From the NCBI RefSeq assembly GCF_009914755.1, contig NC_060938.1: 64,000 bases of DNA. One strand, 5' to 3'. The translations under genes and the position numbers were made by a program. The DNA comes from the human T2T-CHM13v2.0 reference genome, Homo sapiens. Positions 15,501-28,874 of the stretch are shown one piece after another. Below the pieces are notes generated by a model. The model was not told where the DNA came from. It searched no databases and saw nothing but the letters and a program-made list of their open reading frames with translations. Numbering within the stretch: position 1 is the first letter of the stretch; every line of letters starts with the position of its first letter.

Positions 15501-16544
15501 CAGCATGAACAAATAAATAAATGGAGATCTCTGTCTAAGCATCACTTTAGATATTTCTACAATTCATGCATGCTAAATTCCTGACCACTGTTTTGCGTGA
15601 TGTTAGTCCACTCCAACCTTTTCCAAGTGGCTAAAAATACCATTGCATATTGACAAGCCTAACCCTTTTAAGTTAGAGGAGAAACAATGTCAGCTTCCTG
15701 CCAGCCTTACCAGCAGAAGAACACCAGGGGATTACAGAGCAGCTAGGGCCTGGTGGGCACGGGGTGATTGAGGAATGAGAAGCCATCCTGACTGCACCAC
15801 ATCTCCAGGAACCCAGCTGCCAGGGGATGTTTTGTGCATCCTACTAGGGCAGTTACCGGGGTCTGAAGTCCCGGTGAACGTGACATTGTAATCTCGGTTA
15901 TGTTTTATTTATGGAGAGTGGTGCCGCAGCTAGTGTGTGTTAACAAACAAAGATGATTGCTTCTGAGCCACTCTCTCGTCCTAAGGTAATTAACACAAAG
16001 TAATGTGCCAGTTGGGGGATTCAAAGAGTCGACAACCTTTTCCATAGGAAAGTGATCTGCAACACCCAGGCCAAAAGGGTAGAATGGAGAGAAGCAAGGA
16101 CATGTTTTATCTTTGGTTAAAGGTGCATCATTAAAAGGCACTGGCATAATTATTCTTCCTTTAAAAAAAAAATCCATATAACATTAAGAAAACTGCAAAG
16201 TATAAAATGTCAGGGGCAGAGATGTGTGGATTTGCAGCTGTTAGCAAAGCGGGCCAGGGGCTCCCTGTGTATCTCGAACGGCATAAATTAGAAATATTGA
16301 CTGCAACCAAAATAGCATTCGCAATCAGCTCAATGTTGCGATGTGTTATACACACCATTTGCTTTTAAAAAAATTAAAATATGAATCAAACTTGGATGAC
16401 AAAGAAGTTCAACTTCTCAGGAAAAATCAAATACATCATCAAAAGGTCACAATTCGTAGACAAATTGCTGTTAAAATTTATTACTTGTTTGCAAAATGTA
16501 CTGTTGATCATTGGTAACTGCTAAATGCTTGGGCGCCTCTGACA

Positions 16545-16547
16545 AAA

Positions 16548-16590
<43 letters not shown>
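16545..16590. repeat. (AAAT)n microsatellite
   Basis: About 11 copies, direct reading. Confidence 0.95.
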
Positions 16591-17414
16591 AGCACTCTGC
16601 ATTCGTTAAGTGGGGAGAAATGTGAAAAAGCCTCTGGAATGCTAAAACCCAGCACAGGGGAGGACAGGAGAAGCAAGGGAGGCCAGGCTGGGTGAAGAAA
16701 AAACGAAGCACCGAGGGAGCTAAGAATGAAAAAGGAGAGAGAAACAAGCAGCGGCCCAGCAGAGTCATTCTTACTCCTTTGGAATATCGGAGATGACCAC
16801 TCATCTCAAAAGCACAAACGTCAGAGCATCTAAACATGAACCATCAAGGTTCATGAGGCCCCAAGGGACGGTGCCTGGAGATCCCATACCATTCAGTTCA
16901 CAGTCCCCAGTGCCCTGCCTCCAACGCTCACATGTACCCAGTGCTGGCACCTTCTCATTTACAGGTAGGATTTGCTACAGGGCTCTGAACTCCCTGGCAT
17001 CAGAGACCATCCCAAGGTCAGACTTGTACCTCCAGGGCCCAGCAGAGCAGCAGGCATAGGTGGGGCACTGCCGGGGCCCGGTGGCTTGCTCCCCGGAGTC
17101 TCCCACAGCCTTCTCCCACGTGCAACAGCAGAGCCAACTGGCCCGGGGCATTCTTCTGGCCATGGAATTGTTCAGGAATGGCCATGGGGCCCACTTCAGG
17201 CCAATGAGATGTGAGGGGAAGTTGGCTGAACGTTCTAGAAACGCAGTACCGGAGTCTTCTGAGAGGTCTCACAGTATGCCAATGGCCAGCGCTCTCTCTT
17301 TCCTTCACCCGCTTGTGGGGATGAGGCTGTAAGGATGGAATGGCGATGGGAAATGGACAGATGCGTTGGATCCAGTTGTGAAGGGTTTGAGCGCCATGCT
17401 GAAGCCCTCTGATT

Positions 17415-17915
17415 CTGTTGGGGTCAGGTTAATTCAGGGCTTTCTGGCCAAGGAGGCAGGGCAGAAGTGATACTCACCACTTCCAGGCCTGGCCCATGGG
17501 GAGCCCTGCATGAGACTCACATGTCTTCCATTGTGAATGGCTCAATGCCGATGACCCAGCAGAGACCCCCAAGGAGACTCTAGATAGCACTCACCAATGG
17601 AACTTCCTGCAAGAATGGAAGATTCTGTCTGCACTGTCCAATCTGATAGCCACAAGACACATGTGGCTACTGCACACCTGAAATGTGGAGAGTGCAGCTG
17701 AGGAATTGAATTTTTAATGAGGATTTTTAATTACTTTAAATTTAAATAGTTTACTGGATGGCACAACTAGAAGATGGCAGGGAAACAAGACAGAAGGAGC
17801 TAGAATCCCTGAAACGCCACGTGGAAAGCTGTCCACCACTTTACGGGACTGTGACACTAGCAAGAAACAAATCCTTATGATGTCAGGTCATTGGAATTTG
17901 GAGATTGTGACAGCA
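17415..17915 (+). mobile_element. MLT1-like MaLR LTR remnant interrupted by MER3
   Basis: ttctggccaa..gcagaagtga..cacttccaggcctggccc and 3' end gcaagaaacaaatcctta..ggaatttggagattgtgacagca. Confidence 0.55.
17584..17770. mobile_element. MER3-like hAT DNA transposon
   Basis: ccaatggaacttcctgc..gcactgtccaat..tagccac..cacatgtggctactg..aaatgtgg..gaggaattgaattttta. Confidence 0.7.
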
Positions 17916-17979
17916 GCTGGCATGAAATAGCAGGTGCCTCCTGGGTCCACTGTTCTCAGCCCTTGGCATGCCATATCTT

Positions 17980-18115
17980 ATTTAGTCATCTCCCTACAGG
18001 AGGGAGGTTCTGTTATTATCCACATTTTACAGATGAGAAAACTGAGGCACAGAATGGAAACTGAGACACAGATAGGAAGAGGCTGAAAGGGGTTCCGAAC
18101 CAGGTCAGTCTGGCT
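17980..18115 (-). mobile_element. MIR fragment
   Basis: attatccacattttacagatgagaaaactgaggcacaga. Confidence 0.75.
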
Positions 18116-19214
18116 CCAGAGCTTCCCTGAGGCTAAAAACCAAGGGATTTGTGAGGGAAGCTCTTGTAGTAGCCCAGAATGGAGACAGTGGCCAGACTGG
18201 GGAGGAACCCAAAGGGGCCGGGAAAGGAAGGTCCCATGACAAAAGCAAAGCCCTGCCTGCTTTGCAGCCCACAGAGAAAATCCCTGGTTTGCTCTTGTTT
18301 CCTGGTATGAAACCCCTTTTTGCCATGCTGCTCTAATAGTAAGGGAGAGAATGGCTGATTCTCTAGGGTTCTGGACACCCCGCAGGTGGGTGTGCCCCCA
18401 CCTAGCACAGCAGGACACCACCTCCTTCTCCCACTTCTAAGCTCTCCAGACCTGTCATGCTAAAAGCCACACGGCACGGGCCCAGGGCAGATATGCCTAG
18501 AGGTAAGAAAGCACCACACAGTCTGCGATGTGAGGAGTCCAGGAGAAGGGCAGAGGGGACCTGGAACCACTAGTCCTGCTGGGCCTTGTACGGGAAGGGA
18601 CAAGATTTCCTGAAGGAGAGGAGAGCACAAAGAAAGGCAAATATCTGGAAAGAAGCTGCCAGTGCTCCGGGGGACAGCAGGGCTCATCTGAGGGATGCTT
18701 TGTGGCAGATGAAGTGGCTGGGAGTTGCCATCACTGGTTTTTTTTTTTTTTTGGTTGTTTATTTAACACATTCTTCATTTTTGGATACATGTCTAGAAAC
18801 ATAAACTCTTCAGAGCCCATCCTTGCTCGTTACCTCATCGATCCTCCCAAAGATGCTGTGGAGATGTCTTGTCCACCATAATTTGCAGAGAAAGAGACAG
18901 GAAGTTATGGGACCTGTCACCTGGGGGACAGCGGCCAGAGCTGGGATTTGACACAGGGCCGAAGACTCCCAGCCCGAGGCTCATGCACTGCACCACCACC
19001 ACCTCTGGCCGGAGCCCTGAGTCTGCGGGGTCTTCCTGCCTCTCAGTCTGTCGCCTGTCAGCCTCCCTGGGAGTGAAGCCTCAAGAAGAGTGGTAGACAG
19101 GGAGCCAGGAGGCCCCAGCTGCCTGGGCGCAGGCAGAGAAGCAGCCCTGGGACCCCCGCAGAGCTTCCTGCATGTGGCCCAGAAAACCCCTGAATCAGAC
19201 CTCTCAGGAGTTGT

Positions 19215-19350
19215 GTTGAAAATCCACATTCCAAGGCCCCGCCCTCGACCTATGGACCAGAGTCTCTGAGCAGTGCAAACTGGGAATCTGCATTTTAACT
19301 AGCACTGCTAATAAGGATTCTTCTAGTGAAAGTGTGAGCAGGACCAGACT
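19215..19350. mobile_element. MER5-like fragment
   Basis: aaaatccacattccaaggccccgccc..gggaatctgcattttaac..gattctt. Confidence 0.55.
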
Positions 19351-20099
19351 AATAAGGTTTTCTGGCTCCACGTCTTCCAGGAACCTGTGGGGCTTTCTCC
19401 AAGAGGCAGCCAGGCCTCTGGACAGGGTCTCCTCCTTTCCTAGAGCTTTGGGAATGAGCCAGGGTGGGGTGCTGGGCAGGGAGGACCAGGGTCTCATAGG
19501 GTGAGCGCCCCGAGTGCACCACACAGGAGAGAGCAGACAGAGGCAGGAAAGGCGATGACAGGCAAGAGTGTAAGGAGAGACCGGGAAAGTGACCAGAGAC
19601 CAAGCTGGAGACAGAGGCAGGGAGACTCCGGGAGAGGCAGCCAGGCAGGCTGAGAAAGCAGGGCAGAGAGGGGCAAGCGAGCATGAGAGGGAGGCGGGAA
19701 AACAGACGGGGACGAGGCCCCACCAGTTGCTCCTATCTGCCAGGTCTTCCAGCAGCCCCGGAGAGTGAGGGGCAGGCTGGGCCACGTAGCAGCCCACCTC
19801 CTCACATGCCAGCCACCCCTGCCCAGCTGCCAGGCTCTCAGGGCTGTGCCAAGTGCATGTCTCCATGACAATGCCAGGCAAGGCTCCCCTGAGGCACACG
19901 CATGGTGGCATAGAGGGCATGGAGTGAGCCTTTACCAACAGCGGGCAAGGCCAAAGGTTCTCAGTTCACTACAAAGTGTGGGGGCTGGGGAGGGGGTGGG
20001 AAGCAGGGGCAAAGAGGCTGGAGGGGCCTGGGGTGGGGTCAGGGACTTTCTAAGAACATGGCAATCACAAGTAGAAAGGGAAAGGGAAGGCAAATGGAA

Positions 20100-20300
20100 T
20101 TTTGTAGGTACAGCTTTCATGTATCAGGTACCTTGTTTGCATTTTCTTGCTTGATCCTCTCAAGACCTCTGTGGCATAAAGATCCTTGTCCCCTTTTTAC
20201 AGATAAGGAAACTGAGGCTGAGAGATTACAGACTCCACACATTTAGCTGGTAAGAGGCAGAGCTGAGGTTTCTACTCAGCCTCAGGTGTGTCCAAATAGA
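20100..20300 (-). mobile_element. MIR fragment
   Basis: ttttacagataaggaaactgaggctgagag..gtaagaggcagagctg. Confidence 0.7.
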
Positions 20301-21528
20301 AATGCCAGTTTCCTTTCACTGCACTAAACTTTCTAAGCTCATGAGAAAACAGGACACAAGATGTTTTGAAGCAGTGCAATCTCGCAGACCAGAGCTGTCA
20401 TGAGACAGTTGTGACTGATCACAGTCAGGGAAGTTCAGACATAGCACAAGCAGTATACTGGAATGGCTTTGTAGTGTAGAGGGAGTTATCTCTTTATTTA
20501 TTAATCATTCTTTACCTTAGCATCTTCTAAGACATACTATGGAAGCTACAATAAGATTACATATACAATAAAGCTATCATAGTGGTAAACAAGAATAATA
20601 TAGATGGGAGAAAGGATTTCTTAAAAAAAAAATTTCAAACTAATACTGTGGCTATGATTAACCATTAAATCGAACACTGAGCTCCCTAGCAGTCTCAGCA
20701 AAAAAGGAAAATGCAACAAGTTATGTGGCTCCAATCCAAAATGAAATGTACTGACTTACCAAGGCAGATATTTCTTTTCCATTGCTAAGTCCTAGAAATC
20801 AGTGACAAGACTTCTGGAAGGATAAAATATCACAAACACTTATCCCATTTTATTTGTAGCTACATACATGCACACACACATAAAACAATATGTATATGTG
20901 TGTGTACATTAATAAATATGTGTATAGATATCCAACCACAAAAGAAAGAGAATCCCTGAAAGCTGGAGAAATCAAACCCAGAGTGAGGAGAACTGGCTTC
21001 ATAGTTCATGGGTTTCAGACCCAGAAATGGAACTGGAGATGAGAGCTCCAATGTCCATATGGGCACAAGTCCATGTGTGGCTGGGAACCTGGAATGGAAC
21101 CCCCTGCATAAAGCCTGGATTTTGAAGAGCTTCTCCATCAGTAAAAACAGGACAAGAAAAGCTACACTCACTAGGAAGTGGTAAAGCAAGAGGGCTGCCC
21201 ACCTGAGCCGTAGGATGGGGAAAAGGCACTGGGGCCAGAATGTGTGGGATCCAGATTTACACTCCCTTTCCAGAACAACCAGAGGCCTTCAGCAACTATA
21301 GAAGCAGCAATGAAACTGCACCGAAGGATATTTTTTAAACCAGGACACATCAGACACACCCCAGAGAAACCCACAAAGATGAGCTCACAATCTGAAATCA
21401 CAAACCACTAAAAAATCAGATCCATGAGAGTCCTCAGAGGAGAAAACACAGGAGAACTTGGACGAATGGAATGGGCTAAGCAAGACAACAAAACAACCAT
21501 GTTCAATGTACATCACCAACACAATGGA

Positions 21529-21812
21529 GGCCAGGCATGGTGGCTCACACCTGTAATCCTGGCACTTTGGGAGGTCAAGGTGGGCAGATCACTTGAGGTC
21601 AGGAGTTTGAGACCAGCCTGGCCAACATGGTGAAACCCCATCTCTACCAAAAATACAAAAATTAGCTGGGCATGGTGGCATGCACCTTTACAGGTGCTCC
21701 CAGCTACTCGAGGGGCTGAGGCAAGAGAATTGCTTGAACCAGAAAGGTGGAGGTTGCAGTGTGCTGAGATCCCACCGCTGCTCTCCAGCCTGGGTGACAG
21801 GGTGAAACCCTG

Positions 21813-21846
<34 letters not shown>
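21529..21846 (+). mobile_element. Alu SINE whose tail is a (CA)n microsatellite
   Basis: Full Alu; exact TSD AACACAATGGA (21518-21528 / 21847-21857). Confidence 0.96.
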
Positions 21847-21848
<2 letters not shown>

Positions 21849-22249
21849 CACAATGGAAAGCATCTTTAACAACTTTTCTGTTTATTTTCATCAGCCACAG
21901 TAGAGAGAATTGTTAGGTAATAATAATTCTTCTTGTAGCTAGTTTCTGAGACAACCATCAATGGCAGATTAAAATAGACACTACAGTCAACCTTGCTCTG
22001 GATGTTGATGTGTGAGTAGCAAAGCTAATGTGCCGCTCCAGTGCAGCCTTGTGATGTCCTACTTGGAAATAAGGGTTAGAACTTGAAATTCAGACAGAGC
22101 AGCAGAGTCCTATGGGCTGTCTTTACTGATAAACATGGTCAAACCCTGGTGAGAACCTGAGTCCTACTTCTCCTTAAGAAAGGGAACAGGTATAGGTGCT
22201 CAGAATTTTCCAGGTGTTTGGTTCACTGCATACTCAGCCACATTTACAA

Positions 22250-22430
22250 ATAGTAATTAACTGAATCCTCATCGTATCCCTACAAGGAAGGTGCTATTAC
22301 TTCCCCATTTTTACTGATAAGGAAACTGAGGCACGACCAGGTTACATGACTGGGCCAAGATATCACAGCTTGTAAGTGACAGAGCCAAGCAAAAACCCCA
22401 AGCAGTCTACACCCAGCGTGCCTATTAGTG
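22250..22430 (-). mobile_element. MIR fragment
   Basis: ccccatttttactgataaggaaactgaggcac..cacagcttgtaagtgacagagcc. Confidence 0.75.
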
Positions 22431-22455
22431 ACTACACTGTACTGTTGTTTTGTAG

Positions 22456-22783
<328 letters not shown>

Positions 22784-22879
22784 TGAATTCTCTCAACGAC
22801 CTGGTGAGATAGGCATTGTACCCACTTAACTAGTTGTCTCTAGCTTCCTGTGCCAGAGAGAAATCTTGCTTCCATTTCC

Positions 22880-23210
22880 CCTTATCCCACCTCCTCACAC
22901 ATCTCTAGTCTTCCACCAGGTCGATAAATGGCCATTCATCCTGTTGCTCAGCCGAAAAACTCATGATCACCCCTGATGCCTCTCTGTCCTTCACACCCCT
23001 ACTTAATCCATCAGCAAATCCTATCAGCTCTTATTTGCACCCCAAACAGACACTGGATCAGAGATCTTCTTACCACCTCCTTCTTACCTTTTTCAATTTA
23101 AGTACAAGCCACCAACTTCTTACCGTGGACAACCCCTACTTTACATCCCACCATGACAGTCAGTCCCTCCTCATGCAGCCTGAAGGGGCCTGCTACAATG
23201 CAACCCACAA
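22880..23210 (+). mobile_element. L2 fragment
   Basis: catcctgttgctcag..gatgcctctctgtccttcacaccc..aatccatcagcaaatcctatcagctct. Confidence 0.6.
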
Positions 23211-25592
23211 ACAGCCACCATTATCCCTCCCCTGCATTTCCTTCCCACACTTTCGTGTGATTCATTGCATCTTCATGAGACCACAAGTAGGTAACTAACC
23301 CCGTAATGTGTCCATCATGAACACCTCTCCAATACCATGTATGTTATTCTGACAACAGTATTTTTGATAAATGCCTGATGTTCCATTGCATTGACATCCT
23401 ATCCCTTGCTTATCTAATCCCCTGTTACTGGGCATTTTCTTTATTTCCAGTTTTTGCTATTGTAAATATAGATACAGTGAACATCTTTGGGGCTAAATCT
23501 TTGGCTGTATTAGAGCTTCCTTAATTATTTTAGAGATTAATAAAAAAAAAAAAAGATGGCTCGTGATGTGCTTAGTGTTGGTTATGCAGAGAGCAAAGCT
23601 TTTCCACATCATCCAGGGGTGATTGCATACAGACCTCCATGGGCGTCAGAAAATCACCATTAGCCAAGCAAATGGCTCCAGGGGATGGAAGATCCTGGCG
23701 AGACATCTGTGAGAGTCCATCCAGCACACATTCATTTGAATATTTTCAGTTGCGAAGACAACAAGACTAACTTCCTGAAAATTTGGAAAAGGTAGGAGAA
23801 ATACCTTCCTGAAGAGCCTTTCCTCCCAAGCATCTGCATCTGATACACATCCATGTCCACACAACCTTCAGCTAGATCATTTAGACTCACAGCCTACGAA
23901 CATTTTCTCTTCTTTTAAAAGTTAACATTATCTCATACACAGTTTTCCTGTTGCTACCAAAGTCTTCATCCCCCTCATTTTCGATGTGTGTAAATACTCC
24001 ATAATGAACAGGCTCTTCTTCACTCATTCACTCCTTTACTGTTGAACACGGAGGCAGCTTCCAAAATTTCGCTATCATGCACGTCATTCCCTGGCATATT
24101 TTGTCTGCATGAAAAATAAGCAGTGTATCTACGTTTCTTTTTTCCCTTTGGCTAAAAAGAATCTTAGACTCAAATTTATGATTTAAGTATAGCAACGTAT
24201 GGCCGTCTTCTCTAGGCAATATTTTTGCATAGGTGTAGACATCTTACTAGAGCTTTTAATCTCTCTGATCCTGATATTTCGCTGCTTGTTTATGCTTTAT
24301 TACATTTCCTATTGGTCTGCTCACAATCTTGAGGAATGAAGAAGGATGCAAATTATTAACAGAGTATTTAATGAAATGCTGAGATGGCCATCCTCCTCTC
24401 TCTAGGAATCGCAAATAAGTATTCTTAGTATGGTTTCCAAAAATGACGTCACCAGATCAAATAGTCAGAAGAACATCTGGGCCCTTGATACACACCACCC
24501 CAGAGCTTTGCAAAGGGAAGAGGGAAAAGTGGTTGAAACATGATACAGGTAACAAAGCTGAACCCTCAATTAAACCTCCAAACGCAGGCAAGAGGGCTGG
24601 GTTGTGCCAAGTGCCAAAGGTAGTCAGAGGTCTGAGGTGATACCTGCGGTCTGCCCCCTCATTTTTTTCTTTCGCTTACCAACCCCTCAGCTCTACACGA
24701 TTGCTTCCCCGCTGCACCATAGGACAAGGAGCAGATGCTTAGTAAGATCTTGCTGATGGAAAGAAGTCGGACTAGGAAAAGAGAAGGCAGGAAGGAGGCA
24801 CTCTCCCTATCCTCAGTAGCTCCTAGTTTTGCTGGGAGGCCAGCCTAGCCTTTGCAAACGGCAGCCTGCAGTGCATTTTCAGTCAAAAAAACAAAAAGCC
24901 CTTATGGGGCCTGGCCAATGAGCAAATGCATCAGCATCACTTTCTTGTTTTGAGATTTGGATAGGTAGGGAACCACCCACATCCTCTAGACAGCACCTCT
25001 GGGCTTACATCTTGGGATGCATCCTAAACTGGGCATTACTTATTTTAAATATTTTTAATTATAAAAGATCACAGAAACACAATTTCATTTTCGTTATGGT
25101 CTATGAGAAATAAGCCACAGTAAAGGGTGACAGTTTGGGCTGTGGCCTGGCACAGTGGAGCAAGTGCTGGTTTTCCTTGTCTGTAATGAAGGGCATGAAC
25201 ATTTCCTCCAGCCTCCTGGTAGACCCTATGCTCCTGTCCAGCAGACTGAGCCCTGATTGTCTGTTCACTGCCTCCCCAGCTAATCAGGAGTTCTTCCAGG
25301 GCAGGTACTGCACCCCCTGGCCTAGGAGGGTGAGGCATGCAGTAGGAACTCCAGGAGAGTTAAGGGAATAAACAACTAAGCAGATAGATAGATGGATGTC
25401 CCATCCTGCCCACTGAAGGGCAAACTCTGGGAAGGCAGGGGGGAGTCGTACTGACCCCTATCTTCCCAGCAGGGTCTGTGATACTGCAGAAATGTTTATT
25501 ACACAAACAAGCTTGTGGCTGGCTGGATGAATAAGTGGCTGTATGGACAAATGGATGGATGTACTACACGCTAGTGTTTGGGAGACTGTTTC

Positions 25593-25948
25593 TGATATGG
25601 TTTGGCTGTGTCCCTACCCAAATCTCATCTTGAATTGTAGCTCCCATAATTCCTATGTGTCATGGGACGGACCAAGTAGGAGGTAATTGAATCATGGGGG
25701 CGGGTCTTCCCCATGCTGTTCTTATGATAGTGAATAAGTCTCATGAGATCTGATGGTTTTATAAAGGGGAGTTCCCCTACACAAGTTCTCTCTTGCCGGC
25801 CACCATATAAGACGTGCCTTTTGCCTTCCACCATGATTGTGAGGCCTCCCAAGCCACATGGAACTGTGAGTTCATTAAACCTCTTTTTCTTTATAAAGTA
25901 CCCAGTCTCGGGTATGTTTTACCGGCAGTGTGAAAACGAACTAATACA
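25593..25948 (+). mobile_element. THE1 (MaLR) solo LTR
   Basis: TGATATGGTTTGGCTGTGTCC start, CTAATACA end, 356 bp, near-exact 5-bp TSD gtttc/gttta. Confidence 0.95.
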
Positions 25949-26849
25949 GTTTAGATAGGTTTATAATAAATGACTTTTAAGGGTCCCAGCCAGCTCTAGG
26001 ATCCTGCATCTCTATGGGCTTAACTGGGCTGTTCCAACCTCCATGTGCATTCTCTGCAAGAGAGACCACTGCTCTCTCCCTGGTCCTCATTTTCCTGGTG
26101 AATCTTTACTCATCTTTCACACAGAAGCAGAATTTCCCTAATCCTCTCTCTCCTGGGTTGATTGGTCATGCCGTCTTCCCAGTCCCTCTCACTGCCCACA
26201 CTCCCCTGTCCTGTTTCATAACATGTCTCTCTCCTTGAGGACAAAGACCAGGCCAGAGACCTTCCTGTGCCCAGTCCTGACACCCGGCTCAGTCTTTGCT
26301 TTAGGGATTAAAGCGACTTCCAAGCTCAACCTCTTTTGACTTCTTTGGGGCATCCTATATGGTCTGTAACCAGGATCCCATAAAACCATTTTGAAGATTA
26401 TGCAGGGCAGGCAATTAGTGACTAAGGCTTCATTTGCGCACAAGAAAGTCAGAATTTTTATCTTCCCTAGCTCAAAAGTTACGTGAGACTCATTCTATAT
26501 TTCCATCACATTAACATTAAAAAAGAAACCCAGCAACTTCTATTCATCTAGTTTTATCGACGAAGCAGACAGGGAGGTTTTCTAGTTTTAATTGCCCCAA
26601 ACCACAATTGGGAGTGCTTGGAAAACATGGGGACCTTGTGGCTTGCACGGTGGCTGCAGACTCCAAGTCAGAGCCAACAGTAACGTGGGATTTTCTGTTC
26701 TTGAGAATCCATCCTCCTCGCCCTGATTTTTGTAACCTGAACAGCAAACATTTCTGACATGACCTTTCCCATCAAATCTTGTGACTCTGTGCACATGTGG
26801 CACTCTCATCAGGGTCCAGCTGTTCAAAGGCAGAATGGTTCCTTCCCAA

Positions 26850-26950
26850 CTACCTTAACTCTCCATTTTACAGATGGGGAAACCGAGGTCCAGAAAAGGG
26901 AAGGGACTGACCTAAGGTCACAGAGCTGGTTACAGACCAGACAATGGTGA
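26850..26950 (-). mobile_element. MIR fragment
   Basis: ccattttacagatggggaaaccgagg..gactgacctaaggtcacagagctggt. Confidence 0.75.
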
Positions 26951-27197
26951 GAACTGAAGTGAGCTTTTCCTTTGTCCCATGGGTAATCACCAAGTTTGGC
27001 CAGAAGTATGAATGACAGGTATTCATGAGTGTTAACTCCCTCCTCCCAAGCAATTCTTGGTACTCAACCTAGGAGTTTGTTCCCCATCTCCCCGAGATGA
27101 GCATATCCTGCTGTATTCCAGCCAGAAAGTAACTGAGCATTTCAGTTCTGCTATTTGCCTAGTTTTCTGGGTGGGAAAGACAGACACATTAAGGTTT

Positions 27198-27491
27198 GGC
27201 CAGGCACGGTGGGAGGATTGCTTGAGGCCAGGAGGTTGAGTTTGAGATTAGCCTGGGCAACATAGAGAGACCTCATCTCTACAAACAACAAAAAAATAGA
27301 AAAAAATTAGTGGGCATACTGGCACACACCTGTAGTCCCATCTACTTTGGGAATTTGAAGCAGGAAGATTACTTGAGCCCAGGAGGTTGAGGCTGCAGTG
27401 AGCTGTAATTGCACCATTGTACTCCAGCCTGGGCAACAGAGAAAGACCCTGTCTCAAAAAAAAAATAAAAATAAAAAATAAAAAATAAAAA
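27198..27491 (+). mobile_element. Alu SINE (AluJ-like) with left-arm internal deletion
   Basis: ggccaggcacggtgg joined directly to gaggattgcttgagg (GGTGG microhomology); A-rich tail. Confidence 0.92.
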
Positions 27492-28489
27492 GGCCCAAAT
27501 ATCTGTGTTTTAAAGCCCACTGGGGAAAAGACTTGGAGCCCAGGACCTATGGAAAAGAGAATTTTCTCTCTGGGAATTCTTATTCCTTAAGGCCCTAAAA
27601 AGTAAGGCAAGTGTCCCAAATAACCATCAGCTCCATTTCTTGTGCTGGAGTTCAAACCCCACTTCTTGTCCAGCGGCCTTGGGAGAACAATGGCTTGTGT
27701 GGGGTGAAGACAGGACATAGAAGAACGTGCTGCCCTTCTTTTTCTTCTCATCTCTGTGAGCAGAGAGCCCACAAATCACCTTAGCAAGCATGGCTTGGTA
27801 TTTTCATTCTTGTAAAGTCTCTTTATGAAGATTCTTGGGCTGCCTGAATTCTTGGTACCTGGTTCACATCAGTGCCCAATGATAGTTTGCAGAAGTGGTA
27901 TAAGCAGATTGTTCTTTGTCCCTTTAAGAACAGAAAACATAGAAAAAGAATGGTCAAAAACCCAGTGGGCGCTTTGTTCCTTCATGCTCAGGGGTGGACT
28001 CCGCCTCTCTCTTGCTTAAATGGAGAAGACCAAAGGTGCCTTCATGCCTCAGTGTGACTGGAACCCAACAGCCCTGCCTCCTTCCACCCCATCTTGTTGG
28101 CTGCTCCAGGCCCAACACTGGGAAACACCGAATTAAAGCTACTTCATTCTGCAAGGCCTGATTTTGATCATCTCCAGTGAAAGTCTCCTCAAATCTGTTA
28201 ACATCCAGCACATGGGACGGGAAGGATATCCTCCCGTGTGATTTTGTTAAAACTCATTCATGAGTTTTAACAAAATTCATCAACCTCATTTTATAAATGG
28301 GAAAACCAAGGGGACCTGCCCAAGGGCACAGAATCATTTAGACTCTTGGGGCAGGGTCTCCTTCTCCCTGAATTTTGATCCCCCCATGGCTCACAACAGC
28401 TCTCCCTGGGTATTGAGAAAATGGGAGCTGTATTAGGCTCAACTTGAGTCTAATCATTCCTAGCCAAGTGTATTTTCTTTTCAACTACT

Positions 28490-28665
28490 TGTTCACAAGC
28501 TCAGTTGGATAGGAGAATCACCTGGATCATTTTCAAAAATGCTGATACTGGGACCTGCCTCCAGAGATTCTGACAGAATTGGTCTGGGATGTCTCCCGGG
28601 CCCTGAGATTTTTGAAAGCTCCCAGAAGATTCCCATGTGCAACTGGGCTGAGAACCACTGTTCTA
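28490..28665. mobile_element. MER5A-like hAT DNA transposon
   Basis: agaatcacctgga..aaaaatgctgat..ccagagattctga..aattggtctggg..gggctgagaaccactg. Confidence 0.75.
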
Positions 28666-28819
28666 GATCACACTGCTGCACAGGAGCTAAGAGAACTATA
28701 GGGCTCTCGTGCCATGATTTCCTGTCATCCTCTCGATGGGCTTAAAGATTTGGGTCAGGAAGAAAATGGAGAAAGACTTTCAATTTGCCCTTGGAAATAA
28801 GCTGTCCATCCCCCACCTT

Positions 28820-28874
28820 TAAAAGACACAGAAAAGGACAAGGTTTGGAGATCAAGTTAAATGTCCAATTTATT
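28820..28874 (-). terminator. BCL11B: BCL11B distal polyadenylation site
   Basis: AATAAA on minus strand at 28869-28874; U/GU-rich downstream element (mRNA CCUUGUCCUUUUCUGUGUCUUUU, 28821-28843); upstream UGUA motifs; repeat-free UTR ends here. Cleavage inferred near 28845-28855. Confidence 0.8.

Noticed and set aside
19204-19938. 244-aa ORF (also 238 aa at 59724 and 196 aa at 42888 and 60971)
   Set aside because: No recognisable homology, splice context or codon bias; partly overlap repeats; consistent with chance in GC-rich DNA
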